Of a stretch of DNA of 64,000 nt, positions 40,701-49,958 are shown piece by piece. The notes below the pieces were generated by a model, which saw only the letters and a list, made by a program, of their open reading frames with translations, searched no databases and was not told the DNA's origin. Origin of the DNA: an uncultured Verrucomicrobiae bacterium (GTDB lineage: Bacteria > Verrucomicrobiota > Verrucomicrobiia > Chthoniobacterales > Chthoniobacteraceae); assembly GCA_963828525.1 (NCBI GenBank), contig CAWHEP010000008.1, positions 1-64,000 of the forward strand, read 5' to 3'. Each line of letters starts with the position of its first letter. Positions within the stretch are counted from its first letter, which is position 1. A program made the position numbers and the translations under genes.

Positions 40701-42509
40701 TTAAGCCTTCTGCCCCTGCGGGATGAAATCAACGTCTGAACCAGGCACGCTATACTCGTAGGGGCCGCGGTGAACCTCTGGAGCTTCCAGGAAGTTGCCG
40801 TGTGGAGGAGGAGAGGGCGCCTGCCACTCCAATGTGGTGGCGTGCCAGGGATTATTTGAAACCTTCTTACCAAACCATATGCTCCAGAAGAAGTTGCAAA
40901 TGAAAGGCACCTGCGCGAGCGCGAGCAGCCAGGCAGACCAGGAAGTAAAGGCGTTCCAATGCAGCACCGGCTTTGCGAGGTCATAGGATGCGCCGCCATC
41001 GTACCAGCGACGATGCACTCCGGCCATCCCCTGCAGGAACATCGGCATGAAGATGCCGTTGATGAAAACCAAGGAGAACCAGAAATGCACCTTCCCCCAG
41101 AACTCGCTCATGGCGCGTCCGGTGGCCTTTGGGAACCAGTAATAAACTCCCGAGAAGATGGCGAAGATCGTGCCTGGCGCGACGATATAGTGAAAATGGG
41201 CAATGATGTAATAGGTATCGTGCAGGACAAGATCCACCGCGTTGAAAGCGAGAGGGATACCTGTGAGCCCACCGATACCGAACATCGGCATAAAGGCGGT
41301 AGCGAACAGCATGGGAACCGTGAATCGGATGGAACCGCCCCATAACGAAAGAAGGAGAGCAGTTAGAATGATCACGGAAGGAACCGAGATCAGGATTGTG
41401 GTCGTCTGGAAAAACGCGCTGACCCGAGCGCCCATGCCGGTCATATACATGTGGTGAGCCCAGACGATGAAAGAGAGGAATCCAATTGCGAGGATGGATG
41501 AAACCGCGGCCTTGTAACCCCAAAGCGGTTTACGCGTGTTATTTGCAACCACCTCCGCGACGATGCCCATTCCCGGAAGTATCAAGACGTAAACCTCAGG
41601 GTGAGCGAGGAACCAGAAGAGGTGCTGCCACAGGATCGGGCTACCGCCTCCGCTGATATTCACGATCTCACCATTGACGACCAGACCGGTTGGCAGGAAA
41701 AAACTCGTTCCCGCGACACGATCCATCAACTGCATGACGCTGGCCGCTTCCAAGGGAGGAAACGCGAGCAGAAGCAGGAAAGAGGTAACGAACTGCGCCC
41801 ACACGAAGAATGGAAGCCGCATCCAGGTAAGACCGGGAGCGCGCAACTGGATAATGGTTGTGATGAAGTTCACAGACCCAAGAAGAGAAGAACTGATGAG
41901 GAAGACCATGCCCAAGAGCCAGACTGTCTGGCCCGTGAAGAACATATTCGGAGCTCGGTCCGCGACGTCGGCGAGAGGCGCGTAAGAAGTCCACCCGCTC
42001 TTTGCCGCTCCGCCTGGCAGGAAGAAACTCAGGAGCATGATTACTCCGCCGACGAAGAAAGCCCAGTAGCTGGCCATGTTTATCTTCGGGAAAGTCATGT
42101 CCGGGGCGCCGATCTGCAGCGGCACGACAAAATTTCCGAATGCCGCGAAGGCAACTGGAACAATTCCAAGAAAGACCATGATCGTTCCATGCATGGCACC
42201 CAGCGAGTTATAAAACTCAGGTGTCATAATCCCCGCAGGCATCTCCTTAGGGAAGATCGAGGCGAGGAGGGGGCCTAAAACGGGAAGCGGCTGGCCGTTG
42301 TAGGCAAGCTGCCACCGCATCAACATCATCAGCGAAAAGCCGAAGAAGAGGAAAATGAGGCCGGTGATCCCGTATTGGACTCCAATGACCTTGTGATCGG
42401 TGGAGAAAACGTATTTGCGCCAAAATCCGAGTTCTTCATGATGCGCTTCGTGAGTATGAGAATGCGCGTCGTCGTGATGAACGTGAGAAGTGGTGGCGAT
42501 GGAATCCAT
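40701..42509 (-). CDS. coxA: cytochrome c oxidase subunit I, A1-type
   Basis: DHKVIG, MHGT, APDM.FP, HPEVY, WAHHM, HDTY and HFHY motifs. All six His ligands are present. Confidence 0.97.
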   Translation of the reverse strand: MDSIATTSHVHHDDAHSHTHEAHHEELGFWRKYVFSTDHKVIGVQYGITGLIFLFFGFSLMMLMRWQLAYNGQPLPVLGPLLASIFPKEMPAGIMTPEFYNSLGAMHGTIMVFLGIVPVAFAAFGNFVVPLQIGAPDMTFPKINMASYWAFFVGGVIMLLSFFLPGGAAKSGWTSYAPLADVADRAPNMFFTGQTVWLLGMVFLISSSLLGSVNFITTIIQLRAPGLTWMRLPFFVWAQFVTSFLLLLAFPPLEAASVMQLMDRVAGTSFFLPTGLVVNGEIVNISGGGSPILWQHLFWFLAHPEVYVLILPGMGIVAEVVANNTRKPLWGYKAAVSSILAIGFLSFIVWAHHMYMTGMGARVSAFFQTTTILISVPSVIILTALLLSLWGGSIRFTVPMLFATAFMPMFGIGGLTGIPLAFNAVDLVLHDTYYIIAHFHYIVAPGTIFAIFSGVYYWFPKATGRAMSEFWGKVHFWFSLVFINGIFMPMFLQGMAGVHRRWYDGGASYDLAKPVLHWNAFTSWSAWLLALAQVPFICNFFWSIWFGKKVSNNPWHATTLEWQAPSPPPHGNFLEAPEVHRGPYEYSVPGSDVDFIPQGQKA

Positions 42510-42633
42510 TGGCTATTGAAGAATTTCTGTCTCGTCTCGTGTCAGATCGCACCGTGCCATAAAACAGAGGCTTGTTCAATGCGCTGAGCTCTTTTCATCA
42601 GGTTATACGGATCTGTTAGTAGAGTGGATTCCG

Positions 42634-43389
42634 CTACTTCGTGGTCTTCGCAGGCGCGGCTCCCGTTCCGGCCCCGCCTGGCAGCGTCGCGTCAGCGGGA
42701 ACAGCAAGAAGGTCGCTCTCCTTCCACGATTCAGGATGACCCGCGAACTCTTTCCGAGCGCCAGCTATTTGCTCAGGTGACACTTCGCCCGCCGAATTAC
42801 CCCAGGCCTGTCTCACGTAGGTGAGAACCTCCGCGATCTTGGCATCGTTTAGCTGCTTTTCCCATGCAGGCATGACTGCGGCGTTATACGTGGCGCCGAG
42901 AACCTTGACGGGCCCCTGCAACCCCTTCAGCAGAATCATCGAAAGCCTTTTTGGCGAGCCATTCACGTATTCCGATTTCGCGAGCGGGGGGAACTGTCCC
43001 GATATGCCCAAGCCCGTCTCCTGGTGACACGTGGCGCAATTAAGTTTGAAAACCTTTTGTCCGATCTGAACAGGTGTATCGGCCTGAGCCACTTCCCCAG
43101 ACCCCGCCTGAGAACCGGCTCCGTTCGCTCCGGGCATGGGGCGGGTGTACCAATCGAACACCGCGCCATCAAATCCTCCGTTATACATGCCCAGATAAAA
43201 CCCAGCGCAAAGAAGCGCCGCGCCACAAAGACTCAGCAGCCAGATTGGGACAGGAGTCGTGCCTTCGGCTGGCTCGCCACGCTCGCGACGAATCGCGGCG
43301 TGAACCTGGGTCACGTCGGCGGTCTCCACGTAGTCAATCGCGTCCGTGCGGTCTGTCGGGAGTTGCCCTGTCTCGTGCATATCGCTCAC
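42634..43389 (-). CDS. membrane-anchored monoheme cytochrome c
   Basis: TM helix, CATCH, FPPLA, MPAW and LTYVR..WGN motifs. Confidence 0.88.
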   Translation of the reverse strand: MSDMHETGQLPTDRTDAIDYVETADVTQVHAAIRRERGEPAEGTTPVPIWLLSLCGAALLCAGFYLGMYNGGFDGAVFDWYTRPMPGANGAGSQAGSGEVAQADTPVQIGQKVFKLNCATCHQETGLGISGQFPPLAKSEYVNGSPKRLSMILLKGLQGPVKVLGATYNAAVMPAWEKQLNDAKIAEVLTYVRQAWGNSAGEVSPEQIAGARKEFAGHPESWKESDLLAVPADATLPGGAGTGAAPAKTTK

Positions 43390-44024
43390 TTTGCCTTCTT
43401 TGTCTCCGGAGGCAGCGGAGCTTCTTTCAACGGATAGCCATGGTCAAGCGACAGAAGATAACCGACCAGCGCTTTGGCTTCGGCGGTGGGAACGATTTCA
43501 AATCCGGGTTTCGCAGCATCGCTGCCGCCAAGCTCCAGCGCATCGGCGGACCGCTGGCCGGAGATCTTTCGCGTCTCAAAGAGGAAACGGAAAGAAGGCA
43601 TGTTCGATTCCGGTGTCACACTGCGAGGATTGTAAAGGTGCCGGTAATGCCAATCGGCCACTTTGGATCTCTGCCCGATATTGGCAAGATCGGGACCGTT
43701 GCGCATCGTCCCGAGGAAGCAAGGGTCATCGTAGATGTAATCCCGGGCCACCGTTCTCCGGGTACCCCAACCCCGCTCCATGTCCGTCCCATCGAAAGAA
43801 CTGCGGATTTGTTGACTATGGCAATAAAAGCAACCCTCAGAAGCGTAAACACGCCGCCCCTGATCACTGATCCCCCCGATGTTCCACGGGGAGACGTCGC
43901 CGGTATCGGGATCCACTTGCGGCTGCATTGCGCCCATTTGGAACTGCGGGATCATCACCACACCCGCCCATCCCAAGGTGAACGTCGCAAAGATGCCGGC
44001 GAAAACAGACGGGAAAGTCTTCAA
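43386..44024 (-). CDS. ccoO: cbb3-type oxidase subunit II-like monoheme cytochrome c
   Basis: GRRVYASEGCFYCHSQQIR, R.GPDL, H..HLYNPR and S.MP motifs. Confidence 0.88.
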   Translation of the reverse strand: MKTFPSVFAGIFATFTLGWAGVVMIPQFQMGAMQPQVDPDTGDVSPWNIGGISDQGRRVYASEGCFYCHSQQIRSSFDGTDMERGWGTRRTVARDYIYDDPCFLGTMRNGPDLANIGQRSKVADWHYRHLYNPRSVTPESNMPSFRFLFETRKISGQRSADALELGGSDAAKPGFEIVPTAEAKALVGYLLSLDHGYPLKEAPLPPETKKAK

Positions 44025-45488
44025 TGCTTATCTCCCTCCGAAACGAACAGGGTTGCCTGACCGGCCGGCTTGCCAAACCGAAGGATCATGAAAAGGAAAT
44101 TCGCCGCGAAGAAGGCGTGACCACCAAGAAGGATGATCCATGCGATCATTCGTCCGCGCATGTAGGGCTGTCCCATATCGATGACAGAGGTGAACGGCTG
44201 CGCGATATTATTCATGGACGAACCCTGCGCGAGACCCGCGAACAACATGAGAAGGATCATCAAACCGATCCCGTAACCCGACCCCCAGAAGTGCATGCGA
44301 ATCATGGTGGAGGAGAGCCATTCGCACCCGACCAATCGCGGCGCGATATAGTAGATTGCGCCGAACATGGTCATCGTGAAAAAAGCATAAACCCCCAGGT
44401 GCAATTGACCTGTGGAGAACTGGCTAAAATGAGTGACGCGGTCAACAGAGCGGAAGGAGCTGACGATTCCCAACACACCCGACAGAATGAAGGCCACCGC
44501 GCCGTAGAAGGTGAACCGAATCGCCGGGCTTCTATAAATCATGTTATATGAACCTCGCATGGTCATGGCAAAATTTACCGTGACCGTCGCCAGTGTCACA
44601 ACGGTCATGATGGAAGCTGCGATGCCGATAGTCGGCAGCCATACCGGGATCGGACCTCCCGTCAACCGTGTGCCACCCGTCCACGGGTAGAAAAGGGCAA
44701 ATGTCCAGAAGCCGATGGAGGCAAGATGATAACTGGCGACGGCGCGACCAGTGACTTTAGGAATGAAATAGTAAATAGAAGCGAGACCAATAGCCCCCAT
44801 CCAGAGATTGATGAGGTTCTGACCGTACCAAGCGGTGACAACGGATTGCATGACCCCTTTCACGTGAAGGACGGATATCATTAGGTTGGCCCACCGTACA
44901 GCCAGGGGAACCAGAAGAGCGCCCCGACCAGATACCAAAGGGATATATAGACGTGACCCGGGCGCCGGCTTTCAAACACCGCGACGCCCCAGACCGCGAT
45001 GAGCGAGTACGCGACGAAGAGGATCGTGACAGCATAGGAGGGGAACTCCAATAGCTCCGTCCCTGATTGCCCCCGGCTAGAATCCCAATCACGCCGGCAG
45101 TTACGCCGATGTTCCAGAAGATGCCGCCGAAAACAAGAAGAGCGGGACGACGGAGAGACACCCTGCAAAGCCGCACCATTAGCCAGATCAACGTTCCCAT
45201 TCCCGCAGGGCAAGCCCATCCATAAATCAAGGTGTCGATGTAGGCAGGCCATATCCGGCCATAGGTCAGGCAATGGATGCCAGCCAGAAACTCCGGCGCG
45301 AAGAGTTTGATGGAAGCAATAACTCCGAACAGAGAACTGAGAAGCAACCATGTGATGGCGGTGGTGTAGAAGAACAACACCGGGCCGCTTGCAGATTGAT
45401 CAATCAACGCGCGATCCACCTGCTCCATCTCAGCGGAAGAAAGGGTAACCGGGGGAATGGTTTTTGAAGGAGTCACCATAACGCTCAT
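44021..45488 (-). CDS. cbb3-type oxidase subunit I-like protein lacking most metal ligands (two frameshifts)
   Basis: The CcoN scaffold is clear (LTYGR, YISLWY, WYG.N, YYFIPK, GFW, GP.P.W, GAIYYIAPR, HFW), but the ligand histidines are substituted. Confidence 0.85.
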
Positions 45489-46113
45489 TTTTTTGGCTCG
45501 GGCGAGGGCGCTGGGGCGCTGGTTTGGCCGGGGGACGGCCCCACGGTGGCATTTTGAACGGGCATCGCCGGAGATGCCCAGTCCCACATTACAGCCTTTG
45601 GCCTTGGTGAAGGCGCGGGCGAATTGGCAGGTGGACGCGGATTGGCTGTGGGTGCGGCTGAAGGCGCGGGAACCGGTGACACAGAGGGTGAAGGCGCTCG
45701 CGCTGGCGTCGGTGCCTTGAGACTGGCTCCGCCAGAGGCTGACGGCGCGGGAGCCGGGGGGCGTCCGCAAGCCCCATTGGATATGGGACCTCGACAGTCT
45801 GATCTGAGGGGCGTGGCTTCTGCTGATTCAACTCTGTGGCAACCAGTTCCATTGCGCGCGCCACCGGAATCTGCACGGTGCCCTTCGCTTTGTCGATCCA
45901 CTTGTAGTCTTCGAGACGCGACTGATCCTCTTTGCGCAAGGCTGCAAGCTTGTCAGCCCGCTGCCGCGCGCGTTCCGCGTCGACGCCCTCGGACGAGATG
46001 CTCTGACGAAAAACAAAAACGACGAGAACAGCGAACGCGCAAAACAGGAAGACTCCTCCGAAGAAGGCAGGCCAGAAACGGGTCACCCGATGTTGAACAG
46101 GAATCAGCGCCAT
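45485..46113 (-). CDS. ActG-like ACIII accessory membrane protein with Pro/Ala-rich tail (frameshift near 45770)
   Basis: One TM helix, then L..YKWIDKAKG.VQIPV.RAMELV. Lies directly after actF. Confidence 0.65.
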
Positions 46114-46114
46114 A

Positions 46115-47315
46115 CTAGTTCGTGAGGCCGACGGATTCCTGAAGGCGCGGATCGCGCACAGGGTAAAGGCTGTGGCGGCGCAGGGACTTGATAAAGAGGA
46201 TGCCCAGAATCGAACCAATCGCAGCAATAGCGCACAGATCCAGGATATGGGGCCGGAACCCTGTCTGGTGATACATGGGCATGATGATCACGTAAATATC
46301 CAGCATCTGCATCAACACCATCCAGGCCGCCACCATGCAGAGATGGCGGGGATTCTTCTTGATGCCTTGCATAAGAAGAAAGGCGAAAGGAACAAAAAAA
46401 CGGCCTACGACAAGGAAGATGCTGAGGGCATTCCACGAAGCGATATTGCGCCTGATGAAGTAGGAAATTTCCTCCGGCATGTTCGCATACCAGATCAGCA
46501 TGTATTGACTGAAGCCGATGTATGCCCAGAAGACGCAGAACGCCAGCATCAGCTTACCCATTATGTGGTAGTGCTCGACAGTGACATCCTTCAAATAACC
46601 CTTGGCCCGAAGGGCGGTGACTATCAGAACGAGGAGCGACATCGAACTCCCCGCAGCGCCCGCGAAGATGTACACGCCCCACATTGTCGAGAACCAGTGG
46701 TAATCAAGACCCATCAGCCAATCGAATGCCGCGAAGGTGAGAGACAGCGCGAAACAAGGTATCGCGGCGACCGCAACCTTGCGCATGCGGATGCTCTTTA
46801 GAGTGTTGCCGTCGCCATCCTGGCTGGTTGAAAGGCTCTTCAGCCAAGTCGAAAAGCCGCTGAAAACGAGGAAGTAGACGCAGGCGCGAAACAGGAAGAA
46901 GGAGTGATTGAGATAGCCGCGCTTGCCGTCAAGGATCGCGTCCGTTCCCAGCGGAACATCCCACCACCGGAACAGGAAATGGGCGGAGAGGAGAACAGGT
47001 ATCAAAAAGATGAATACCGACTGGCAACAACGACGCCACATTTTCGAGTATTCTCCTTACAACAACCGACCATGCGGCGTCGGTTGCATGATGCACCAGG
47101 ATCCAGAAAAGGGAGCCCGCGCAGAGCGTGAAGAAATAAACAAACGCGAAGAGCCAGGAGTAGGCGAACTGCTCGCGAGTAGCTGGAAGGACGGCGCCGA
47201 TCAAGCTCCCAAGGACACCAATCGCCGCGACGAGCGTCAGCAACAGCAACAAGCCGCCGGAGTGCTTCTCGTCATATATTTCCGGCTTATGAATAGAAAT
47301 CGCGTGGTCGCTCAT
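46115..47315 (-). CDS. actF: alternative complex III subunit F (frameshift near 47020)
   Basis: A.WSVVVRR..E, K.GYLN..FF..R, DWLMGLD.HWFST, GKLMLAF..FWAY..FSQY.LIWYANMPEE motifs. Confidence 0.9.
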
Positions 47316-48004
47316 GGCTTCACCCCTTTATCCAGCTGAGCGCGGAGAGAGTCCGGAACATCTGCTACCGAGGCGCGCTGGCTGCGTTCCAAGGCGCGGA
47401 TGTAAGCGATGATCGCCCAGCGGTCTTCGACGGCGACATTTCCTCCATAAGGGCCCATCTTGTTTTTGCCGTTGGTAATCGTGTTGAATATCTGGCCCTC
47501 CGGCATATCCCGAAGACGCTGATCAAGGAAACTTGCCACTCCGACCAGGTTATACTGAGTAACGATGCCGTTCGCGGCTCCCGTCGCCCCATGGCAAACG
47601 GCACAGTTGATATTGTAGCGGGCGCGTCCGCGAGCGAGAAGTCTGGCATTCACCTCCACAGGAAAACCCCGGCCATAAGTCGCCCCGATCTTTCCAGTGG
47701 CATAATAATCAGTCCCGTTACTGAATCCGCTCATCCTTTCGGCAACCCCGCTATTGCTGGCGCCGTTGGTGGAGTAATACCCCTTGAGGTTATATCCAAT
47801 CGGAACAGTTCCAGGCACCGGCGGGCGGGCCGCCCTGGAATCCGCGAAGAAGGCGCTGGTGTGTTGCGGGTCATACCTTGGCTGCCGAATCATGTCCGGA
47901 AAGATTTCGAGGGGCGGGCGCTCAAAGCGTTCACCCTGCCAGCCGAGGATGGCAACGAGAGCAATGGTGAAGAGCACCGTGGAGATGAAGAAATACTTCA
48001 GCAT
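47312..48004 (-). CDS. actE: alternative complex III subunit E (monoheme cytochrome c)
   Basis: DM..QP, PVPGTVP, CAVCH, IFNTITNG..KM and RWAIIAYIRAL motifs. Confidence 0.88.
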   Translation of the reverse strand: MLKYFFISTVLFTIALVAILGWQGERFERPPLEIFPDMIRQPRYDPQHTSAFFADSRAARPPVPGTVPIGYNLKGYYSTNGASNSGVAERMSGFSNGTDYYATGKIGATYGRGFPVEVNARLLARGRARYNINCAVCHGATGAANGIVTQYNLVGVASFLDQRLRDMPEGQIFNTITNGKNKMGPYGGNVAVEDRWAIIAYIRALERSQRASVADVPDSLRAQLDKGVKP

Positions 48005-48005
48005 G

Positions 48006-48551
48006 TCAGTCGTGAACAAGCGTGACGTGAGTGCCGCCAATTTCCTCAAGGAACTGACGGGTTCCCGCCTCCGAGAATCTGGGATCGCGCGCTTCAATCA
48101 CGAGGAAGAAGCCATCGTCGGTGGCGCGCGAGAATCGCTCCCAGTTGAAGATAGGATGGTACCATTTCGGCAATTGGTTAAAGACCAGAAGACCTCCGAC
48201 GCAGGCAAAGGCGGAGAAAAGCACGGTCAATTCGAAAAAGATCGGAAAAAAGGCCGGCACGGTGGCCCAGTTCACAGGCTTGCCATGCACAATAAGCTTG
48301 TACTCGATGGTGGAGGGATACATCGTCAACACGATGGCGGTCAGCAGACCTGTAATGCCGCCGCAGAGAACAACAGCACTAAGCCACGACTTTCCGAGCC
48401 CCATCGCCTTATCCATTCCGTGGATTGGGAATGGGGAATGAACATCCCACCGCTTGAACCCCTGGTCGCGGACCTTCTCAGCAGCGTTAAAGAGAGCGGC
48501 AGCGGTGGGGAACTCTGCCCCCAACCCGTAAACCTTGCGAAGCTCAGTCAT
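48006..48551 (-). CDS. actD: alternative complex III subunit D (DUF3341)
   Basis: DVHSPFPIHG, GKP, FELTVL and DDGFFL motifs. Confidence 0.9.
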   Translation of the reverse strand: MTELRKVYGLGAEFPTAAALFNAAEKVRDQGFKRWDVHSPFPIHGMDKAMGLGKSWLSAVVLCGGITGLLTAIVLTMYPSTIEYKLIVHGKPVNWATVPAFFPIFFELTVLFSAFACVGGLLVFNQLPKWYHPIFNWERFSRATDDGFFLVIEARDPRFSEAGTRQFLEEIGGTHVTLVHD

Positions 48552-49958
48552 TTAATGACGCGCCTCCACCCCAACTTGGGAATCCGGCTCGTGATGGTGT
48601 GGGTCGGCGTAAGGAGAGACGAGCTTCACCTCCGACATAGCGATCATGGGCAGGTAGCGCATGAATATCAGGAATAGAGTCAGGAAGATCCCGAAGGTGC
48701 CAATGAAAGTCCAAATCTCGACCCAGCTTGGGTGGTACACATGCCACGCGGCTGGAAGAAAATCCTGCGCGAGGGAAGTGACGATGATGACAAAACGCTC
48801 AAACCACATTCCGGCATTCACGCACATGCAAACGAAATAGACGATGTACACATTCGACCGGCAATACTTGAACCAGAAGAGCTGCGGAGAAACGACGTTA
48901 CAGGAAATCATCGTCCAATAGTAGAGCTTGTAAGGGCCGAAAGCGCGGTGGAGAAAAGCGGATTTTTCGAACTCGTTACCGCCATACCAGGCTATGAAGA
49001 ACTCCATGCTGTAGGCGTAGCCAACGATCGACCCTGTGAGCAGAATGATTTTGCACATTTTGTCCACGTGGGCGGGCGTGATGACGTCGTGCAGCTTGTA
49101 GATGAAGCGCGCCGGCAGAAGGATGGTGAGAACCATCGCAAAGCCGCCAAAAATGGCGCCGGCGACAAAGTAAGGCGGGAAGATTGTCGTGTGCCACCCT
49201 GGCACCACGGACGTGGCGAAGTCGAAAGAGACAACACTGTGGACCGACAGAACCAGCGGCGTGGATAGGCCGGCGAGGATCAAATAGGCCATCTCATAGT
49301 GGCGCCACTGCCGGTTCGATCCGCGCCAACCCAAAGCAAACAGCCCGTAAAAGAATTTTTTGACGCGTGAAGTCGCTCGGTCGCGCAGAGTCGCGAGGTC
49401 AGGCACAAGGCCGGTGTACCAGAACAGAACAGAAACGGTAAAATAGGTGGAAACCGCGAACACGTCCCACAGAAGAGGGCTGCGGAAGTTGGGCCATATC
49501 GCGTATTGGTTCGGTATCGGCGCGAGAAACCACGCCATCCAGAAGCGACCTACGTGAATACCGGGGAAAATTCCCGCGCAAACGACCGCAAAGAGGGTCA
49601 TCGCCTCCGCTGACCGATTGATGGAGGTTCTCCACCGCTGCCGTGTCAGAAAGAGGATCGCAGAGATGAGCGTGCCGGCATGACCGATGCCGATCCAAAA
49701 CACGAAATTCGTAATGTCCCAAGCCCAGCCGACAGGGATGTTCTCCCCCCAGACGCCGACCCCCGTGGAGATTTGGTAACCGATGCAGAAAAGGCCAAAA
49801 AGCGCGATGGGGGACGTGATGCAGAATGCAACCCACCACCAAAACGGGGTGCGATCTTCGACAATGCCCGATATCCGATCAGTTACCCAGCCGAGTTTTC
49901 GATCGTTTAGTATGAGCGGGACCCGCTCTATGGAAGGACCTGTGGCAACCTCTGACAT
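48552..49958 (-). CDS. actC: alternative complex III subunit C (NrfD family quinol-binding subunit)
   Basis: [44 protein letters not shown] and [12 protein letters not shown] motifs. Confidence 0.95.
   Translation of the reverse strand: MSEVATGPSIERVPLILNDRKLGWVTDRISGIVEDRTPFWWWVAFCITSPIALFGLFCIGYQISTGVGVWGENIPVGWAWDITNFVFWIGIGHAGTLISAILFLTRQRWRTSINRSAEAMTLFAVVCAGIFPGIHVGRFWMAWFLAPIPNQYAIWPNFRSPLLWDVFAVSTYFTVSVLFWYTGLVPDLATLRDRATSRVKKFFYGLFALGWRGSNRQWRHYEMAYLILAGLSTPLVLSVHSVVSFDFATSVVPGWHTTIFPPYFVAGAIFGGFAMVLTILLPARFIYKLHDVITPAHVDKMCKIILLTGSIVGYAYSMEFFIAWYGGNEFEKSAFLHRAFGPYKLYYWTMISCNVVSPQLFWFKYCRSNVYIVYFVCMCVNAGMWFERFVIIVTSLAQDFLPAAWHVYHPSWVEIWTFIGTFGIFLTLFLIFMRYLPMIAMSEVKLVSPYADPHHHEPDSQVGVEARH

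Noticed and set aside
44021..45488. Functional cbb3 oxidase or nitric oxide reductase
   Set aside because: Five of the six heme/metal-ligand histidines are substituted.
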